Source: an uncultured Candidatus Saccharibacteria bacterium
GTDB lineage: Bacteria; Patescibacteriota; Minisyncoccia; Phycocordibacterales; PALSA-1337
Direction: 5' to 3'
NCBI GenBank assembly: GCA_964389975.1
Contig: CAYMGJ010000003.1
Location: forward strand, 1-54,675
DNA length: 54,675 nt
In this document: positions 1 to 8,154 of the stretch, piece after piece
Layout of the letters: the number at the start of each line of letters is the position of its first letter
Numbering within the stretch: position 1 is the first letter of the stretch
The notes under the pieces: generated by a model
The model's database searches: none
Told to the model about the DNA's origin: nothing
The model's input: only the letters and a program-made list of their open reading frames with translations
Position numbers and translations under genes: made by a program

Positions 1-110
1 ACAACGGTTCCGAAGACCGGTATGATATCCATTTCACCACGAGAGCAATGCGCATATCATATGCTGAATATTGAGTTTTGCCAAGCTCTACTGTGAAAAA
101 TAGGGCATTA

Positions 111-119
111 TGTTACAAT
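111..119 (+). promoter_or_regulatory. Extended -10 promoter element (TGtTACAAT) 6 nt upstream of the cca ATG
   Basis: TG at 111-112 and TACAAT at 114-119. A 6-nt spacer is followed by the ATG at 126. There is no Shine-Dalgarno sequence between them. Confidence 0.5.
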
Positions 120-125
120 CATCGC

Positions 126-1604
126 ATGAAAGAATTGGCAATACCACATGAAATACGCTCTATAGTAGAGACTCTCGAAAAGGCTCATTTTGAGGCTTTT
201 CTTGTTGGTGGATGCACCAGAGACATCCTTTTAGGGAAGATACCTAAGGATTGGGATGTAACAACGAATGCAACTCCTGAGGAAATAATAGCTCTTTTTC
301 CTAAAACATTTTATGAAAATTCATACGGAACAGTTGGTGTAGTCAATGAAGAAACACAGGATGATCGTTTGAAGGTTGTGGAAGTGACTCCATATCGCCG
401 TGAGAGCTCATATACTGACCATAGACACCCTGATGAGGTTCAGTTCAGTAAAAGTATCAACGATGATCTTGAACGTCGTGATTTCACAATTAATGCGATT
501 GCAGTGAGTTTGTCTCGAGGTGCGATAAAAGACATAGTTGATTTGTTTGATGGTCTTAAAGACATAAAAGACAAAACAATACGTGCAGTGGGGAATGCAG
601 ATAATCGATTTACCGAGGACGCATTACGAATGATGCGGGCAGTTCGCCTAGCTACAGAGCTCGGTTTCACGTTAAACAATGATACAAAGAAGGCCATACT
701 GAGCCATTCTTCTCTTCTCAAGAAGATATCTATGGAGAGAATACGGGATGAATTTGTGCGAATCATTATGTCTTCTGAGCCTAAAAAGGGAATTGAAATG
801 CTTCATGATCTAAACCTACTCGAACATTTCCTTCCTGAATTGGTAAAAGCCCGAGGGGTAGAGCAGAACCAAGCTCATGCATATGATGTATGGGAGCATC
901 TTCTTCGAACCCTTCAACATGCAGCTGACAAGAATTGGACTCTTGATATACGGCTTTCAGCACTCTTTCACGACATTTCAAAGCCGGAAACTCGTCGTTT
1001 TTCACATGAAACTAATCAATTTACCTTCTATGGGCATGAGGTTGTTGGTTCACGTGTAACAAAAAAGATACTTGAGAGATTGAAATTCCCAACAAAAACC
1101 ATTGAAAAAGTTACAAAGATGATACGTTGGCATATGTTTTTCTCAGATACTGAGTCTATAACTCTCTCAGCGGTACGAAGAATGATAAACAATGTAGGGA
1201 AGGAGAATATCTGGGACCTTATGAATGTTCGTATATGTGACCGCATTGGAACTGGTCGCCCTAAAGAAAACCCATATAGACTAAGAAAATACCAGTCAAT
1301 GGTAGAGGAAGCGATGCATGACCCAATATCAGTTGCAATGCTAAAAACAGATGGGAAACGTATTATGGATGTTACACATGTAACACCAGGGCCTAAAATA
1401 GGCTTTACTTTGAATGCACTCCTTGAAGAAGTCTTGGAGAATCCAGCCTTAAATACTCAAGAATATCTTGATTCTAGAGCTCTAGAACTTATTAAATTAC
1501 CTGAAAAGGAACTGAAGGACCTCGGAGAAAAGGGGAAACACAAGAAGGAAGAACTCGAGCATGAAAATATAGAGGAAATACGTAAGAAATATCATGTTTC
1601 ATAA
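126..1604 (+). CDS. cca: CCA-adding enzyme / tRNA nucleotidyltransferase with HD domain
   Basis: The ORF track gives 78-1604, opening on TTG. The first ATG is at 126 (MKELAIP). It carries the polymerase-beta-type head motif GGCTRDILLGKIPKDWDVTT, RDFTINA, and an HD-domain motif LFHDISKP. Confidence 0.85.
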   Translation: MKELAIPHEIRSIVETLEKAHFEAFLVGGCTRDILLGKIPKDWDVTTNATPEEIIALFPKTFYENSYGTVGVVNEETQDDRLKVVEVTPYRRESSYTDHRHPDEVQFSKSINDDLERRDFTINAIAVSLSRGAIKDIVDLFDGLKDIKDKTIRAVGNADNRFTEDALRMMRAVRLATELGFTLNNDTKKAILSHSSLLKKISMERIRDEFVRIIMSSEPKKGIEMLHDLNLLEHFLPELVKARGVEQNQAHAYDVWEHLLRTLQHAADKNWTLDIRLSALFHDISKPETRRFSHETNQFTFYGHEVVGSRVTKKILERLKFPTKTIEKVTKMIRWHMFFSDTESITLSAVRRMINNVGKENIWDLMNVRICDRIGTGRPKENPYRLRKYQSMVEEAMHDPISVAMLKTDGKRIMDVTHVTPGPKIGFTLNALLEEVLENPALNTQEYLDSRALELIKLPEKELKDLGEKGKHKKEELEHENIEEIRKKYHVS

Positions 1605-2099
1605 GAAACATTAGGGGGCATATTACACGTGAAACTCTAGTTATGGCCATATTTAAAGCCATATAAACAAAAACAACCGGTCATTACAGAACGGTGTCTC
1701 GAGGTTAGATGAGATACCAAACTGAATTGAACGGTTGTTGGTGAAATCCTTAATATGAGGAGCCTACAAAGAATCCACAGATTCTTACGACTCAAGCGAG
1801 AACTGACCTAAACATCATCACCTCAGGGGAGTTTTGCATGAAACCTACTTAATAATAATGGTCTCTCGAGCGAGAGATATAAATTGTTTTTGAGAAGGCA
1901 TGCAGTGACTCAAGTTTGAGCTAATGAAGGGTTGTCCTCTTCAATGAAAACGGATTTCAAAAAAAGAGCTGTCTTACTACCCTTACCTAACACTTATTCA
2001 AAGAACAATTGCTGAGCTAATCCTCGGTTGATAACTCTGCTGATCTGGGATTATTATAGCAAGCATAAAAGACATGTAAAGGACATTACAAACAAATAC

Positions 2100-2108
2100 T
2101 GTGGATAA
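2100..2108 (-). promoter_or_regulatory. Isolated perfect DnaA box (TTATCCACA on the minus strand)
   Basis: The plus strand reads tgtggataa at 2100-2108, the exact reverse complement of the consensus. A 7/9 variant (TTATCAACC on the minus strand) lies at 2026-2034. Confidence 0.4.
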
Positions 2109-2109
2109 C

Positions 2110-2133
2110 TTATGTCTTTTATAAAAGACATAA
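2110..2133 (-). terminator. Hairpin immediately downstream of xth (weak terminator candidate)
   Basis: ttatgtctttt/aaaagacataa is a 10-bp AT-rich inverted repeat 4 nt past the xth stop. No clear U-tract follows it. Confidence 0.3.
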
Positions 2134-2136
2134 TTA

Positions 2137-2904
2137 TTAATCGATACTAAGCTCTATAGGACAATGATCAGAACCCATTATTGTGGCTAATATATTAGCT
2201 TTTTTAACCTTCTTTACCAAACCTGGAGTTATAAAAAAATAATCAATTCTCCAACCAACATTTCTTTCTCGTGCAAAAGTTTTTAGATCCCACCATGTAT
2301 ATGCATCTTTTTTATGTGGATTTTTTTCTCGAAATATATCTACATAACCACTGTGAATAACTTGATCAATCCAAGCTCTTTCTTCAGGAAGAAAACCTGT
2401 ATTTTTTTCATTTTCTTTTGGGCGGGCAAGATCGATCTCTGTATGAGCAGTATTAACATCTCCACAAAAAATAACTTCATAACCAGCTTTTCTCTGTTTT
2501 TCAGTATAAATAAGGAACTCATCATAAAAACGCATCTTGTAATCTAGACGCTCAGGTCCACCGCCACCGTTAGGGAAGTAGCAATTAATGAGTACAAAAT
2601 CTTTATAAAATAGAGCCAACATTCTACCTTCACGATCAAATTCTTCAATACCAAGACCATAATCAACCTTTTCTGGCTTTTCTTTTGCATATACAGCAAC
2701 CCCACTGTAACCCTTTTTCTCCTTTGAATGGTCAAAAAACGAGTAGTATCCCAGAGGATTACGTACTCCTTCTTCAAGTTGCTCAGGATGTGCTTTTGTC
2801 TCCTGAAAACACATAAAATCTGGAGATTGTTGTAGAAACCAATCAAAACCACCTTTTTTTACATTTGCCCGCAATCCATTTACATTCCAGCAGATAATAT
2901 TCAT
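2137..2904 (-). CDS. xth: Exodeoxyribonuclease III / AP endonuclease
   Basis: N-terminus MNIICWNVNGLRA, the QETK motif, the C-terminal SDHCP motif and a 255-aa length are typical of the ExoIII family. Confidence 0.9.
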   Translation of the reverse strand: MNIICWNVNGLRANVKKGGFDWFLQQSPDFMCFQETKAHPEQLEEGVRNPLGYYSFFDHSKEKKGYSGVAVYAKEKPEKVDYGLGIEEFDREGRMLALFYKDFVLINCYFPNGGGGPERLDYKMRFYDEFLIYTEKQRKAGYEVIFCGDVNTAHTEIDLARPKENEKNTGFLPEERAWIDQVIHSGYVDIFREKNPHKKDAYTWWDLKTFARERNVGWRIDYFFITPGLVKKVKKANILATIMGSDHCPIELSID

Positions 2905-2943
2905 ATGATGATTATATCAAAACAGGGGAAATAGTGTGTATAC

Positions 2944-3882
2944 CTATGATCGATTTTTGTTGTGAAATTTCTTGTGAATATTCTTGAGCTCAGTATCAGT
3001 AATATGAGTATATATCTGGGTTGTATTGATATTTGCATGACCAAGAAGAACCTGAACGGAGCGGAGATCTGCTCCATTTCGCAGAAGATCAGTTGCAAAA
3101 GAGTGTCGAATGACGTGAGGAGTCACTTTCTTTGATATACCACTCTTAATTGCATAGTGTTTGATAATACGTTCAACAGAACGACTTGTTAGACGTAATG
3201 AGTCTTTCTTTGTATTCTGCTTCCTTTTTCCTTCAAGAATCTGAACAAACAGGGCATCATCCATGTCATCTCGAGCATCAAGATACTTCCTTACAGCAGT
3301 TTTCGCATCATCTGAGAGGAAAACAACCCTTACTTTCTCACCCTTTCCACGTACAGACACCTCATCAAGCTTCAAATTTATATCCCGGGGCAATGAACAA
3401 AGCTCAGAAACACGTAATCCTGTTGAAAAAAGGAGTTCAAGAAGAGCCTTATCACGCATTCCTCGTAAAGTTGATATGTCGGGAGCATTCAAAAGACGTT
3501 GTAATTCCTCAATAGTTATGAGATCGAGTGATCTTTCAGGAACTTTTGCAAGCTCAATACGATCAGGGGCAAGGGAAGATATACCTTGGCGTGCTAGATA
3601 TTTAAGAAAAGCACGTAAGGCAATGAGGTAGTAATTCTGGGTGCGTTTTTTAAGTGTTGAGGCAGAAACACCTTTTTCACGCTTTGCTTCTTGACGATTG
3701 AGCCAGATACGGAAATCACGAACAAGAGAATCTGTTATATCCTTAGGATCTTTTATCTTAGTATATTCAAGAAAACGACTTAGATACTGATCATAATTAC
3801 GAACTGTATTCAAACTACGTCCTCTTTCTATCTCTACATACTGTAGAAACTCTGTTTTTAAATCCTTGAGATTGTGCGACAT
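2944..3882 (-). CDS. Tyrosine site-specific recombinase, XerC/XerD-like
   Basis: The C-terminal catalytic region reads HVIRHSFATDLL...LLGHANINTTQIYTH. The N-terminal core-binding domain reads FLQYVEIERGRSLNTVRNY. Confidence 0.85.
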   Translation of the reverse strand: MSHNLKDLKTEFLQYVEIERGRSLNTVRNYDQYLSRFLEYTKIKDPKDITDSLVRDFRIWLNRQEAKREKGVSASTLKKRTQNYYLIALRAFLKYLARQGISSLAPDRIELAKVPERSLDLITIEELQRLLNAPDISTLRGMRDKALLELLFSTGLRVSELCSLPRDINLKLDEVSVRGKGEKVRVVFLSDDAKTAVRKYLDARDDMDDALFVQILEGKRKQNTKKDSLRLTSRSVERIIKHYAIKSGISKKVTPHVIRHSFATDLLRNGADLRSVQVLLGHANINTTQIYTHITDTELKNIHKKFHNKNRS

Positions 3883-3921
3883 GGTATAAGTATAACTCTA
3901 ATTGTCCACTTTGGAGAGTGC

Positions 3922-3952
3922 TTGACCGATAAGAAAGTAGTGGTAGTATATC
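3922..3952 (+). promoter_or_regulatory. Candidate sigma70-type promoter (TTGACC, 16-17 nt spacer, TGgTAGTATAT)
   Basis: The -35 element TTGACC is at 3922-3927. The extended -10 tggtagtatat at 3941-3951 is nearly identical to the tgctagtatat element in front of rpsO. Confidence 0.4.
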
Positions 3953-3955
3953 TTC

Positions 3956-4118
3956 TAGATGTTCTTCTGTTTCCTCATTAGAGGTGCTGAACATCAGAAA
4001 GCCAACAAGAGGTGAACTATGGAATACCCAACGACGGGCGCCATCTTACCGACTGAAGTGGCGCCCACATAAACAAATCCCCGCTTGTCACCTCACGTGA
4101 CTGGCGGGCTTTTCTTTT
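3956..4118 (+). ncRNA. Candidate small structured RNA, or an attenuator-type leader of rpsO; family unknown
   Basis: This is an ORF-free stretch that is GC-rich relative to its surroundings. A GC-rich 8-bp hairpin gggcgcca/tggcgccc lies at 4036-4066. An intrinsic terminator hairpin at 4080-4108 is followed by cttttctttt at 4109-4118. Confidence 0.4.
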
Positions 4119-4163
4119 CAAATACTTGCGCTATAAAGCCATTTATGCTAGTATATTCGAATC

Positions 4164-4433
4164 ATGTTAACGACACGACAGAAATCAAATATTATCAAAA
4201 CAGTAGCAATTCACGATAAGGACACTGGTTCTGCAGAGGTCCAAATTTCAATTCTTACAAAGAGAATTGAAGAACTTGCTCTCCATCTTAAGAAACATAA
4301 GAAAGACAATCACTCACGACGAGGACTCCTCGCTATGGTTGCTGATCGTCAGTCTCATATGAATTATTTAAAGAAAAAGCATCCTAAGCGTTACACAAGT
4401 ATCGCAAAGAAGCTTGATCTCAAGGCAAAATAA
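4164..4433 (+). CDS. rpsO: 30S ribosomal protein S15
   Basis: It is 89 aa and contains TGSAEVQISILTKRIEELALHLKKHKKDNHSRRGLL, characteristic of S15. Confidence 0.95.
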   Translation: MLTTRQKSNIIKTVAIHDKDTGSAEVQISILTKRIEELALHLKKHKKDNHSRRGLLAMVADRQSHMNYLKKKHPKRYTSIAKKLDLKAK

Positions 4434-4434
4434 A

Positions 4435-4464
4435 TCATAAACCGCCCCGAAGGGCGGTTTATGA
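4435..4464 (+). terminator. Intrinsic terminator after rpsO
   Basis: tcataaaccgccc / cgaa / gggcggtttatga forms a 13-bp stem followed by T-rich sequence. Confidence 0.75.
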
Positions 4465-4542
4465 TTATATGATATACTTTCTCTAGAGTATTTTAATACG
4501 TATCGTTACACATTTTTATTTCATACATTTTAATTTTTATAT

Positions 4543-5163
4543 ATGTCAGTTATCAAACACAAAGAACAACGTGTCGGCGTTTTTATCGACACACAAAACA
4601 TTTATCACTGTGCCAAAAATCTGTACCATTCAAAGGTTAATTTTGGCCAAATACTCAAAGATGCCGTAGGGGAGAGATCTCTCATCCGTGCAGTTGCTTA
4701 CGTCATCACCACAGAAGCTGGTGATGAAAAAGCTTTCTTTGAAGCCCTTACAAAAATGGGTATAGAAACAAAAACAAAAGATCTTCAGATATTCGGAAGT
4801 GGTGCAAAAAAAGCAGACTGGGATGTGGGCATGGCAATTGATGCCGTAAAACTTGCGCCAAAACTTGATGCAGTCATTCTTGTAACGGGTGATGGAGACT
4901 TTGTACCTCTTGTTTCATATCTTCAAATGAACGAAGGATGTCAGGTTGAGGTTGTTTCATTCGGAAAATCAACATCTTCAAAGCTCATCGAATCAGTTGA
5001 TGATTTCGTCGATCTTGATACTAATCCACACAAATACCTCATTGGTCATCAAAATAGATTTCAAGGAAAGGGAAAGAATCGGGGTAAGGTTTCTTTCAAG
5101 AAGCGAGAATCATTTGAAAACCAAGATGCAGTAGAGATATCAAAACTCTCTGGTCAGGAATAG
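4543..5163 (+). CDS. NYN-domain (LabA/DUF88-like, PIN-like fold) protein
   Basis: VGVFIDTQNIYH near the N-terminus and AVILVTGDGDFVPLV later match the acidic-residue pattern of NYN/LabA-like domains. Confidence 0.65.
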   Translation: MSVIKHKEQRVGVFIDTQNIYHCAKNLYHSKVNFGQILKDAVGERSLIRAVAYVITTEAGDEKAFFEALTKMGIETKTKDLQIFGSGAKKADWDVGMAIDAVKLAPKLDAVILVTGDGDFVPLVSYLQMNEGCQVEVVSFGKSTSSKLIESVDDFVDLDTNPHKYLIGHQNRFQGKGKNRGKVSFKKRESFENQDAVEISKLSGQE

Positions 5164-5210
5164 ATACTCACATAAAAAATCAGCATCATAGGTTATACTA
5201 TATATAACAC

Positions 5211-6464
5211 ATGAATGAAGAACCAAAAAATAATCAACAGAAACCAGATCTTCAGTCTCTTGTAGACAGGGAGCTTGAAACTGCGCTACCCAAAAAAGCT
5301 GAAGAGGTTCAGAATCCAGACATACCTTCACCTGGATCACTTAAGTATCCGAATATTCCAAAAGTTCCACTTCAAAAGCCAATACGCACTTACGAAAGTG
5401 ATGTAGCGGAGGCTCTTTCTCATCAACAGACAACACTTGCAACTATGGTGGTTGCTGAAAAAGAAAAACAACTAAAGAAAGAAGTTGGGCCTGTACCAAC
5501 AAAAACAGCCCCTGCAACATATTCTGTACAGACACCAAAACCTGCAACAACCATAGCAAGTAATCCATTTGAAAATATTCCCCAGAAACAGGATTATTCA
5601 TCTCTTGCTCAGCCTCAAAAACCAATAGTTCAAGAAACTCCAGCTAAAATAGTTCCTGAATTACCGAAAGAGGAAGTGCAAGAGGAAGAGGAACCTCCTC
5701 GACATTCAGGAAAAAAGATACTTCTTGCAATCATGAGTATACTGTTCCTTGGAGGGGGTATTTTGGGAGCATATTTTCTCTATCTCAAGAGCCCACTTTC
5801 AATACCAGAACCAGTTGCTACACAGATAAAATTACCGAGTGTTGTAACAACACAAGGTCAATCATTCTTTCCTGTGGGGAATTTAAAAGGGGAAAAACTC
5901 CTCAAAGGTATACGAGGTAACCTAGACACACATACACCAGCAGGTGGGTCTCTCTATGAAATTGTTCCTACATATATACGAGCATCGAGTACTTTGAGAC
6001 TTCCTGCCTCAGAATTCATTTCTCGTGCAGATTTTTCAATGCCAGATATCCTATCACGTTCAATTCTTGATCGTTTTATGATTGGTTCATACGGAAATGA
6101 AGATGGAACAACCTTTCGCTTTATAATCCTTACAACTGATTTCTTCCAAAATGCATATGCAGGAATGCTTGAATGGGAAGGAAGTGTGGTTGATGAGTTT
6201 TCTCCTTTCTTTGGAATACGAGAGAGGGTTGAACAACAGCTAAACACACAAGGAACATCATCAATTGCAACTTTCTTCAGTATTCGAGGTAATTTCATAG
6301 ACAGGATTGTGAGAAATAGGGATGTACGAGAATTCATAGGGGAAAATGGAGAACTACTCTTCCTCTATACATTTCTTGATAAGGATACAATTCTCGTAAC
6401 AACATCTGAATCTGTTATCGAAGGGGTCATCAATCAGGTTGAAAAGGCTACCTATGTACGATAG
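5211..6464 (+). CDS. Hypothetical single-pass membrane protein with a Pro/Gln-rich N-terminal region
   Basis: This is a long intact ORF with one hydrophobic helix (ILLAIMSILFLGGGILGAYFLYL). I recognise no family motif. Confidence 0.5.
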   Translation: MNEEPKNNQQKPDLQSLVDRELETALPKKAEEVQNPDIPSPGSLKYPNIPKVPLQKPIRTYESDVAEALSHQQTTLATMVVAEKEKQLKKEVGPVPTKTAPATYSVQTPKPATTIASNPFENIPQKQDYSSLAQPQKPIVQETPAKIVPELPKEEVQEEEEPPRHSGKKILLAIMSILFLGGGILGAYFLYLKSPLSIPEPVATQIKLPSVVTTQGQSFFPVGNLKGEKLLKGIRGNLDTHTPAGGSLYEIVPTYIRASSTLRLPASEFISRADFSMPDILSRSILDRFMIGSYGNEDGTTFRFIILTTDFFQNAYAGMLEWEGSVVDEFSPFFGIRERVEQQLNTQGTSSIATFFSIRGNFIDRIVRNRDVREFIGENGELLFLYTFLDKDTILVTTSESVIEGVINQVEKATYVR

Positions 6465-6476
6465 AATATAGGTATT

Positions 6477-6842
6477 ATGAACAAAAAAGATTTAGCATAT
6501 TTCAAAGACAAGCTGGAAAAAGAAAAGGCTCTTCTTGAAGAGGAGCTTCGTACTGTCGCCCATGAGAATCCCGATAATCCACGAGATTGGGAGGCAACAC
6601 CTGGATCGATAGAAGTTGATAGTGCTGATGAAAATGAAGTTGCTGATAAAATGGAAGAACTTGAGGAAAATGAAGCTATACTGGAGAAACTTGAACCTCA
6701 ACTTAATGATGTAAAGAATGCCCTAAAGAAAATAGAGGATGGAACATATGGTATATGTGAAATCTCTGGGGAACCTATAGAAAGAGAAAGGTTAGAAGCA
6801 AATCCTTCAGCTCGAACTTCAATAAAACACATGAGAGACTAG
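6477..6842 (+). CDS. DksA/TraR-family-like protein lacking the canonical C4 zinc finger
   Basis: It has a coiled-coil N-terminus and a C-terminal motif DGTYGICEISGEPIERERLEANPSARTSIKH with only one Cys. This resembles Gram-positive YteA/DksA-like proteins. Confidence 0.55.
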   Translation: MNKKDLAYFKDKLEKEKALLEEELRTVAHENPDNPRDWEATPGSIEVDSADENEVADKMEELEENEAILEKLEPQLNDVKNALKKIEDGTYGICEISGEPIERERLEANPSARTSIKHMRD

Positions 6843-6876
6843 TAAAATAAAACCCCTTAAAGGGGTTTTATTTTAC
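6842..6876. terminator. Bidirectional intrinsic terminator between convergent genes
   Basis: gtaaaataaaacccc / ttaaa / ggggttttattttac forms a 15-bp stem with A/T runs on both sides. Confidence 0.75.
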
Positions 6877-6883
6877 TTCTTCC

Positions 6884-7969
6884 CTAGAAAGGGTTTCGAG
6901 CTCCTCGTATTTCAAAGTGAACATGAGGTCCAGTTGATTTTCCTGTGTTTCCAACCTTTGCAATCAATTGACCTTGTTCAACACGATCTCCTACCTTAAC
7001 AAAATTCTTTTGAGTATGAGCATAGAGTGTAAATGATCCATTGGCATGAGAGATAATCACATAATTACCATAACCACCATTCCATCCTCCATTTGAAAGA
7101 CTTACAATAACAGTTCCATCAGCAGCTGCATGAATAGCTGTCCCTATCGGCGCAGCAAGATCAACAGCGTTATATCCATGAAGACCCTGGGAACGTGTAC
7201 CTCCATCTATAGGGCGAATATAATAACCAGGATAGAAAGGACCATTTGAATCATGAACAGGATTTTGATTTGTCTTTTTTGCAAGAATCTTAGGAGTATC
7301 AATAATAGTAGGTTCAGCATCAGGAATGATGAGAACATCCCCAACAGAGAGGGTAGAGGAAAGAGTTAGATCATTATACTGGAGCACTTCCTCAAGATCA
7401 GCCTTGTATCGAGAGACAACTCCTTTTATCGTATCACCCTTCTTTACCGTATATTTAATACCTGATATAGGTAATATAACAAGATTCTGTCCCTCCTTAA
7501 TAACAGGGTTTTTACCAAGTTCATTAGTCCAAATAATAGTATTAATAGAGACACCGAACATTTTTGCAATACCTGAAAGTGAGTCACCAGAACGTACTGT
7601 ATATATGCTTATCTGTGTTGATATTTGATTTTCCACATCAATAGCTGTTCCAGCTGGACCAATTTCTGCAACAAGAGCATTACCTGAAGATATAGGCGCT
7701 TCGATGAAGGAAATATTTGCATTAGGATCTAAATTAACCGAAGCCTGTAAAAGAGCCATATTTTGAGCATTTTGAACTGGAACACTCTCTACAGTTTTTG
7801 CAGAAACCATATCAACAGATATATCTTCGAAGAATGAGAAAAAGCCAGCAGACGCTGTTTTTGGATGGAAAGTACATACAGAGAGGGTGAGGAAAGCTAC
7901 AGAAAGCCCCTTCAGAGAAACATATGGAATATTATGAAACTTGTGTTTTTTTTGCGAAATAAATTGCAT
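6884..7969 (-). CDS. Secreted LysM-domain M23 family metallopeptidase (peptidoglycan hydrolase)
   Basis: Two LysM-like repeats are present (YTVRSGDSLSGIAKMFGVSINTI and YTVKKGDTIKGVVSRYKADLEEV). The M23 motifs are HGYNAVDLAAPIGTAIHAAADG and GNTGKSTGPHVHFEI. I moved the start to the ATG at 7969, before a signal-like segment. The track ORF to 8071 opens on TTG. Confidence 0.8.
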   Translation of the reverse strand: MQFISQKKHKFHNIPYVSLKGLSVAFLTLSVCTFHPKTASAGFFSFFEDISVDMVSAKTVESVPVQNAQNMALLQASVNLDPNANISFIEAPISSGNALVAEIGPAGTAIDVENQISTQISIYTVRSGDSLSGIAKMFGVSINTIIWTNELGKNPVIKEGQNLVILPISGIKYTVKKGDTIKGVVSRYKADLEEVLQYNDLTLSSTLSVGDVLIIPDAEPTIIDTPKILAKKTNQNPVHDSNGPFYPGYYIRPIDGGTRSQGLHGYNAVDLAAPIGTAIHAAADGTVIVSLSNGGWNGGYGNYVIISHANGSFTLYAHTQKNFVKVGDRVEQGQLIAKVGNTGKSTGPHVHFEIRGARNPF

Positions 7970-8154
7970 AACAAGAATAGTCGTTTGGCAATATCTGGAG
8001 GGTGTCATTTCTGACACAAAATCAGGACGGTATATTCTGTAAATGGCTATGTTAAGCCATTTTGTAACCAATATTCATAAGGTACCTAAACAGCGTACGC
8101 GAGCTAGCTTTAAAAGTCAACAGGTAACTCAATCTATGATATAGTTGTATAACT

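Noticed and set aside
78-125. Several track ORFs have N-terminal extensions: 78 for cca, 7970-8071 for the M23 peptidase, 24000-24059 for rpmH, 41324 for TrmH, 42677 for the amidase and 52702 for ruvX.
   Set aside because: The extensions open on TTG or other non-ATG codons. They overlap a neighbouring gene, a tRNA or the DnaA boxes, or they precede an obvious signal peptide or conserved N-terminus. Downstream ATGs preceded by -10 elements fit better.
1605-2136. I considered assigning the long ORF-free spacer to tmRNA, RNase P RNA, SRP RNA or 6S RNA.
   Set aside because: I could not find any diagnostic motif on either strand. The motifs checked were the GGGG...UCCACCA ends with T-arm, GGAAAGUCC, and the GGAA-tetraloop/AGCAGC SRP domain IV. 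It stays an unclassified candidate only.
2944-3882. I considered whether the tyrosine recombinase marks an integrated mobile element.
   Set aside because: It has typical XerC/XerD length and motifs and sits among housekeeping genes (xth, rpsO). I saw no flanking direct repeats, no tRNA target and no cargo genes. It is more likely the chromosomal dimer-resolution recombinase.
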